Assembly (NCBI GenBank): GCA_038040445.1
Contig: JBBPIG010000007.1
Coordinates: 74,310-138,309 of the forward strand
Reading direction: 5' to 3'
Source of the DNA: Candidatus Onstottus frigus
Lineage (GTDB): Bacteria; Acidobacteriota; Blastocatellia; UBA7656
Length of the DNA: 64,000 nt
Part shown: one piece after another, positions 59,184-64,000 of the stretch
Position numbering within the stretch: the stretch's first letter is position 1
Layout of the letters: each line of letters starts with the position of its first letter
Made by a program: the position numbers and the translations under genes
The notes under the pieces: model-generated
Told to the model about the DNA's origin: nothing
What the model saw: only the letters and a program-made list of their open reading frames with translations
The model's database searches: none

Positions 59184-59852
59184 CTACTCTTTCAACGCCG
59201 GTCTCGCGTACTCTCTCGCGTACTCTGGTGGTTCAATGCCCGCCGGAAGCCGACCGTCACTGATTGGCGCACCGGCCGTTAGTTTCAACGGCACCACGCC
59301 TGCCCAGACTGAGAGCTCGTAGTCTTCTTCATCGTCAATCGGGGGACCTGTACGCACCTTCGCCGAGACTTCGACGAGCGGCAGCTTCAGCACCAGCGTC
59401 GCGCGCAACTCGCCTTCATCAGGCGTGCGAACCTCTTCCCAACGTCCGGGCACTACCTGGTCGGTGAACGCATGGAGCGCTTTGAGCTTCTCGTCCTGAG
59501 CATCGACCGCCGTCGCATTTCCAAAAATGACCACGGACCTGTAGTTGATCGAATGATGGAACGCGGAACGCGCCAACACCAGTCCGTCAATCAGCGTGAC
59601 GGTTACGCAAACGTCTATGCCTTCTTCCAACGAGCGCAGCATGCGGCTAGCGGCCGAGCCATGGATGTACAGATCATCTTCGATCCGCCCGTAGGAAGTT
59701 GGAATCACCACGGGCTTGCCTTCAGCGATGAATCCGACGTGGCATATGAAGGCTTCATCAAGGATTTGAAACACCGCGGCGCGATCGTACTCGCCTCGTT
59801 TCGGCAGTCGTTTCAAAACGGTTCGCTCGGTTGGTGTAAAGGTCCTCGTCAA
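59184..59852 (-). CDS. Pyridoxamine 5'-phosphate oxidase-like FMN-binding split-barrel protein
   Basis: 'ICHVGFIAEGKPVVIPTSYGRIEDDLYIHGSAASRM' is the typical PNPOx-like fold pattern. Confidence 0.7.
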   Translation of the reverse strand: MTRTFTPTERTVLKRLPKRGEYDRAAVFQILDEAFICHVGFIAEGKPVVIPTSYGRIEDDLYIHGSAASRMLRSLEEGIDVCVTVTLIDGLVLARSAFHHSINYRSVVIFGNATAVDAQDEKLKALHAFTDQVVPGRWEEVRTPDEGELRATLVLKLPLVEVSAKVRTGPPIDDEEDYELSVWAGVVPLKLTAGAPISDGRLPAGIEPPEYAREYARPALKE

Positions 59853-59868
59853 GCTGTTTACTCCGTTG

Positions 59869-60183
59869 CTATCTCCAATGCTCGGCGCGGGCAGTCGCCG
59901 GCGCAGGCCTCTTGATCCGCGGCGCTTGCTTATCCTTTAGCGTTTTTAGGACCAGTGTCGTACGCGTCGAATGAACAGCTGCGATTCGCTCGATCTTGTC
60001 GCTGACCAGCCGTCCAAGCTGTTCGGTGTTCGATACCCGCACTCGCAGAACGTAGCAGTCTTCGCCTGCTATGCGGTGTAGTTCTTCGACCTCGGGAATT
60101 CGCGCGAGCAGCGCGGCGGCTTTGGCTGCGCGAAACTGAGTCTGAACGAAAACGAAAGCTACGAGGCTATCCTTCATAATCAC
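59869..60183 (-). CDS. Stand-alone AsnC/Lrp-type ligand-binding (RAM) domain protein
   Basis: 'IPEVEELHRIAGEDCYVLRVRVSNTEQLGRLVSDKI' matches the RAM domain; no HTH is present. Confidence 0.55.
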   Translation of the reverse strand: MIMKDSLVAFVFVQTQFRAAKAAALLARIPEVEELHRIAGEDCYVLRVRVSNTEQLGRLVSDKIERIAAVHSTRTTLVLKTLKDKQAPRIKRPAPATARAEHWR

Positions 60184-60195
60184 CCCGCGAAGTAG

Positions 60196-60456
60196 CGCAG
60201 ACTTTAATCTGTGTCTCTAGTCTCGACATTCCCGTGCCTCTCCCAACTCCCTTTGAGCAACTCCGCTAGGAGTTGAATGTTTATAGAAGCGGGTCGTTCG
60301 GCGGGGCGCACACCAGCGGGGTGCTATGTCGATGACTCGCTCATTCTACGAGAGTTGATCCGGCACATTGCACCCCGCTGGGGTGCGGCTCACGCGGACC
60401 ACGTTTCTATAAACATTGCACCCCTACGGGGGTGCCTGCACAGACTTTAGTCTGTG
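60196..60456. repeat. Cluster of nested hairpins: three GCACCCC-loop-GGGGTGC stems inside a 13-bp outer inverted repeat, bounded by two CAGACTnnAGTCTG-type palindromes
   Basis: 'aatgtttatagaa' (60277) pairs with 'ttctataaacatt' (60405). 'gcacaccagcggggtgc', 'gcaccccgctggggtgc' and 'gcacccctacgggggtgc' are each palindromic. 'cgcagactttaatctgtg' at 60196 and 'cagactttagtctg' at 60441. Confidence 0.55.
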
Positions 60457-60457
60457 T

Positions 60458-61993
60458 TCAGACCAATGCTCTCAGCCCTTCGACTCGTTTGACCGACCGT
60501 TGTTGCCGGCTCTTCAGTAGCCGGGCTTTGATCATCGACCCTAGTTGTTTGACCGCCTGCTCGATCGCTTGAGGACCGGCCATGGTGAAACTCAGCCGCA
60601 TCATGTTCTGTTGCGGCGAGCTCGAATAGAAGTGTTCTCCGCTGACGAAAGTAACTCCACTCTCGATCGCCTGAACGAGTAGCTGCGAGGTGTTTATCGA
60701 CTCAGGAAGCCTGACCCATACGGACATTCCACCGGCTGGCCGGCTCCAGCTTGCATCGTTCGGGAAGTGCTTCTCCAGCGCTTCAAGCATCGCGTCGCGG
60801 CGCTGAGCGTAAGCCTTCTTCACCCTCTTTATGTGCTTGGCGAGAAGCCCTCGCCGGGCGAATTCGAAGATCGCCGCTTGGGCGAGAAGGCTCGCGTGCA
60901 AATCGGATCGCTGCTTGGCGCGATTGAGATGATCAATGACCACTTGCGGCGCGGCAATCCAGCCGACTCTGAGCCCGGGGAAACCGACCTTAGAGAAGCT
61001 GCTGATGTAGATCACCATGCCGTGCTCGTCCAGCGCCTTGAGCGGCGGGACCTCGGGTCCGTTGTAGCGCAGTTCCCGGTAGATGTCGTCCTCGACTATT
61101 GGCACACGATATTGGCCGGCGATCTCGATCAGGCGGCGCCGCGACGCCACATCCATCGTGACCCCGGTCGGGTTGTGAAAACTCGGCACGACGTAGATCA
61201 GTTTCGCGCGCCGCTGAGAAAGAACGTCTTCGAGAACGTTGAGGTCCATTCCATTTTCGCCGACCGGTACGCTGATGTACTTCGAGCTCGCTCCGCAGAA
61301 TACGCTGAGCGCGCCCGGATAAGTCGGATTCTCGAGCGCGACTTCTTCGCCGGGGGCCACCAGTATCTGGCGGATCAAATCGAGAGACTGCTGGCAGCCA
61401 TTGGTGACAAGCACCTCGCCGGGCGATGCCTTCACTCCGGACAGCGCGAGCTGCGCGGCGATGTATTCCTGAAGCGGCGCGTACCCGCTGGTGGTTCCCA
61501 ACTGGAGCAGTATGCGGCCTTGTCTTCTCAGCGCTCGATCGACACAGCGGCGGAAATCATCGAGCGGGAAAAGATCGGCCGAGGGAAGGGCGAGGGCGAG
61601 CGGAATCACCTCGCGCCGGGTTTCGAAGCCGGCCATCTCCTGTAGCCAGTTGTCTCTGCCCTGGACTGCGAGCAGCGACTCCCAGGGCATCGGCGATGGC
61701 AAGCTTTGCTCTTTGGCCGGAGAAGCTGGAGCCGGCGCTGGGACTCGCGTGATGTAGGTGCCGCTGCCGACGCGCGATGTTATGACCCCGTCGGCGGCGA
61801 GTTCGGCGTAGGCGTTCGTGACGGTGTTGCGATTGACACCGAGCGTCTTCGCAAGCTCTCTATTCGCGGGAAGCCGATCCCCGATCTTCAATGCGCCGTC
61901 GGAGATTCTGCGGCGCACTTCAGTCACGATCTGGGTGTAAAGCGGAACGTGACTGTCGCGTTTCAGCTCCAATAGCATCGATGGCAGCCTCAA
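60458..61993 (-). CDS. MocR/PdxR-family regulator (GntR HTH fused to PLP-dependent aminotransferase-like domain)
   Basis: N-terminal 'PLYTQIVTEVRRRISDGALKIGDRLPANRELAKTLGVNRNTVTNAY' GntR HTH; C-terminal fold-type I aminotransferase motifs including the 'SFSK' PLP lysine. Confidence 0.85.
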   Translation of the reverse strand: MRLPSMLLELKRDSHVPLYTQIVTEVRRRISDGALKIGDRLPANRELAKTLGVNRNTVTNAYAELAADGVITSRVGSGTYITRVPAPAPASPAKEQSLPSPMPWESLLAVQGRDNWLQEMAGFETRREVIPLALALPSADLFPLDDFRRCVDRALRRQGRILLQLGTTSGYAPLQEYIAAQLALSGVKASPGEVLVTNGCQQSLDLIRQILVAPGEEVALENPTYPGALSVFCGASSKYISVPVGENGMDLNVLEDVLSQRRAKLIYVVPSFHNPTGVTMDVASRRRLIEIAGQYRVPIVEDDIYRELRYNGPEVPPLKALDEHGMVIYISSFSKVGFPGLRVGWIAAPQVVIDHLNRAKQRSDLHASLLAQAAIFEFARRGLLAKHIKRVKKAYAQRRDAMLEALEKHFPNDASWSRPAGGMSVWVRLPESINTSQLLVQAIESGVTFVSGEHFYSSSPQQNMMRLSFTMAGPQAIEQAVKQLGSMIKARLLKSRQQRSVKRVEGLRALV

Positions 61994-62531
61994 AGAATTG
62001 GAATATCTGACCGAGCCATTTTACAGCCAGATTGCGCGATGTAAAGAACCAATTATGGGCCAATTCTCATAGGCCAATCAATGGGCTGTGTGGCTCCGAT
62101 GTATTGGATATCGGTTTTTGAAAACGAACGGAGGTCGCTTAGTTTCGGATAGGTGATTTTGGATTACGCTTGTGTGCTACTGATGGGCTTATCGGAATCG
62201 TTAGATAACAGCCCGGACTTCGCGGGCCGGGTAAGATACTGTCTGGGCCAAACCGAAAAACACCAAAGGGGATGACGCCGCCCCCGTGGCCTCATCCCCC
62301 TCAGTTTATTGTTGCTTTGTCTGTCGCTTCTCTCAGTCTTGCGATGACCGGCGGAGCCCCCGTTCCCCCAACCACCGCCTAACTTTTTAAAGCTACGCAG
62401 TCACATTGGCAATGTTTGTGCCAGCGTTTCTGCCCCGCGCAGGTAGCCGTAACTTGTGCGGTTGAATGAAACCGTGTCTGTGCTCTTCTTTGAGCTGCCA
62501 AAACTTGTCAAGTAGCGAGTGACGAATCGCG

Positions 62532-62688
62532 GCAAAGAGCAAAGAGCAAAGAGCAAAGAGCAAAGAGCAAAAGGCAAAGGGCAAAGGGCAAAGAGCAAAG
62601 CGCAAAGGGCGGCGGTTCGACATCTTCTCTAGCTATGTTCCTCTTTACTCTTTGCTCTTTGCTCTTTGCCCTTTGCGCACTATAATGA
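62532..62688. repeat. Inverted arrays of the heptamer GCAAAGA (about 11 copies forward, about 6 reverse-complement copies)
   Basis: 'gcaaagagcaaagagcaaagagcaaagag...' at 62532-62608 and 'ctctttgctctttgctctttgccctttgc' at 62641-62688. Upstream of the yacL-like gene. Confidence 0.8.
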
Positions 62689-63016
62689 ACGCCGTCAGGG
62701 CCCGCCCTTGACACGACTGGGAGTCAGAACGGATCGCGGCCTCGATCAAATCCTATTCACTAATTGTTTCGCGCCGCTTTCCCGCGACTTGTTCGATTCT
62801 TATCTTCTTTAGTGTTCCAGTCGTAATCAAGCCGGAGCGAACAGGACAACTTGAATTCCAGATTGCGGTGATCCTATTTGTTTGATGTCGCAATCGCAGC
62901 TTAGTCGGAGTCGCGACCAAAGGGCCGCGAATTGATCTTTCAAAACTCAGCTTAACTATTCGCAGCGTCGTAAGGCAGGAACGGCTCGAGCGATAGATAA
63001 GACGTACGGAGGATAT

Positions 63017-64000
63017 ATGCAAGCCGATGTTACTCTGATTCGTATCGTCTTCGTCGCGGCGCTCGTGAGTGCAGGTTACTTCCTGAGGCCTTTCCCCAAA
63101 CCCGGTTCGGGAAATGGGGTAATGTCGGCGGTCATTGGGGGAGTACTTGCAGTCTCGATAATCTACTTCGAGACCCGGATTCGCAAAGCCACACTTAAGA
63201 CTCTTATTGGCGGGGCGGTCGGGTCGATACTCGGTATCGCAGGCGCAACCTTAATCTGCTGGATCATAGCCGCGCAGCATGCGATCCCGGAAGAGTTCAA
63301 ATCTTTCCTAACACTCACGCTCACGTTGTTCATGGGTTACGTAGGATTGATAGTCGGCGCGGTCAAGGGGGACTATCTGGACCTCACTGCGCTTGGAGGA
63401 ATATTCGTAGAAAAAGGAGCAGCCAAGTCGCACTCGTTGATACTGGACACTTCGGTCATCATCGATGGCCGCGTCGCCGATATTGCCGAGACAGGGTTTC
63501 TCTCCGGGATGCTGGTAATCCCTCAGTTCGTGCTGCGCGAGCTTCAACAGATCGCCGACAGCGCCGACTCGATCAAACGCAACCGCGGGCGCCGCGGACT
63601 CGACATACTTCAGCGGATTCAGAAGAAAAAAGGCAGCAGCTACGAGATAGTCATCAGCGAGGCTGACTTCCCGGATGTGCGCGAAGTCGACCACAAGCTC
63701 ATCGAGCTGGCCAAGCAGATCGAAGCCAAAATCGTCACCAACGACTTCAACCTGAACAAGGTCGCTCAACTTCGCGGCGTGTCGGTGCTCAACATCAACG
63801 AGCTTGCCAATGCGTTGAAACCGGTCGTGCTGCCCGGCGAGATCATGCGGGTCTTCGTTCTGAAAGAGGGTAAGGAATACAACCAGGGCGTGGCCTATCT
63901 CGACGACGGCACGATGGTGGTTGTGGACAACGCCCGTCGCATGATCGGCAAGAACATCGACGTGTCGGTCACCAGCGTCTTGCAGACCACAGCGGGCAAG
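63017..64000 (+). CDS. yacL: PIN/TRAM-domain membrane protein YacL-like (partial, runs off window end)
   Basis: Not in the ORF track because there is no stop inside the window. ATG at 63017; in-frame translation to 64000 gives 4 TM helices then 'LILDTSVIIDGRVADIAETGFLSGMLVIPQFVLRELQ...' (PIN) and the start of a TRAM domain ('GEIMRVFVLKEGKEYNQGVAYLDDGTMVVV'). Confidence 0.8.
   Translation, partial: MQADVTLIRIVFVAALVSAGYFLRPFPKPGSGNGVMSAVIGGVLAVSIIYFETRIRKATLKTLIGGAVGSILGIAGATLICWIIAAQHAIPEEFKSFLTLTLTLFMGYVGLIVGAVKGDYLDLTALGGIFVEKGAAKSHSLILDTSVIIDGRVADIAETGFLSGMLVIPQFVLRELQQIADSADSIKRNRGRRGLDILQRIQKKKGSSYEIVISEADFPDVREVDHKLIELAKQIEAKIVTNDFNLNKVAQLRGVSVLNINELANALKPVVLPGEIMRVFVLKEGKEYNQGVAYLDDGTMVVVDNARRMIGKNIDVSVTSVLQTTAGK

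Noticed and set aside
62393-62714. Small minus-strand ORFs (62-76 aa) rich in 'LCSLLFALC' repeats
   Set aside because: They arise purely from translating the GCAAAGA heptamer array. There is no RBS or start context.
63308-63769. 153-aa minus-strand ORF from the track
   Set aside because: Antisense to the well-supported yacL PIN/TRAM gene, which runs 63017 to the window end on the plus strand.
1-64000. Search for tRNA or rRNA genes in all non-coding gaps (looked for GGTTCGAATCC-like T-arms and anticodon-arm patterns)
   Set aside because: No candidate with cloverleaf-compatible conserved elements was seen. This cannot be fully excluded without tRNAscan or Infernal.

Overview
High-GC (~60%) bacterial chromosomal window; gene content (hopanoid side-chain genes, secreted WD40-caspase, FG-GAP/VCBS and PQQ beta-propellers, ECF sigma/anti-sigma) suggests an Acidobacteria-like soil bacterium, but the taxon cannot be fixed from sequence alone. 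Core genes: pnp, rpsO, radA, rlmN, a CPA2 antiporter, a MocR regulator, a partial yacL. Accessory content: (i) a TA/defense islet at 1.4-6.5 kb with a MITE-like element, a DUF433 antitoxin with a truncated DUF5615 toxin remnant, a MazEF-like pair, and a previously unnamed three-gene module (TIR-domain protein + N-extended calcineurin-like metallophosphoesterase + 197-aa hypothetical), which is the best candidate for a novel anti-phage system; (ii) a secreted WD40-caspase + DUF4384 pair bracketed by REP-like palindromes; (iii) a HicB-like + Zn-ribbon + FRG-domain cluster; (iv) an ECF sigma/anti-sigma operon flanked by ~112-bp direct repeats; (v) an hpnJ-hpnK-(2 small DMT)-hpnI hopanoid cyclitol-ether cluster; (vi) a VapBC pair; (vii) two lower-GC islets (40.9-45.1 kb with tandem paralogs and a possible proteasome-like Ntn-hydrolase; 56.3-58.3 kb with a frameshifted thermonuclease). 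Unusual non-coding structures: inverted heptamer-array hairpins, 16-bp tandem repeats, a recurring CAGACTnnAGTCTG palindrome, and a GCACCCC/GGGGTGC hairpin cluster. No rRNA, tRNA or CRISPR array was found. The many antisense or alternate-frame ORFs in the track are treated as high-GC artefacts. All functional calls are made by eye from remembered family motifs, with no database search.
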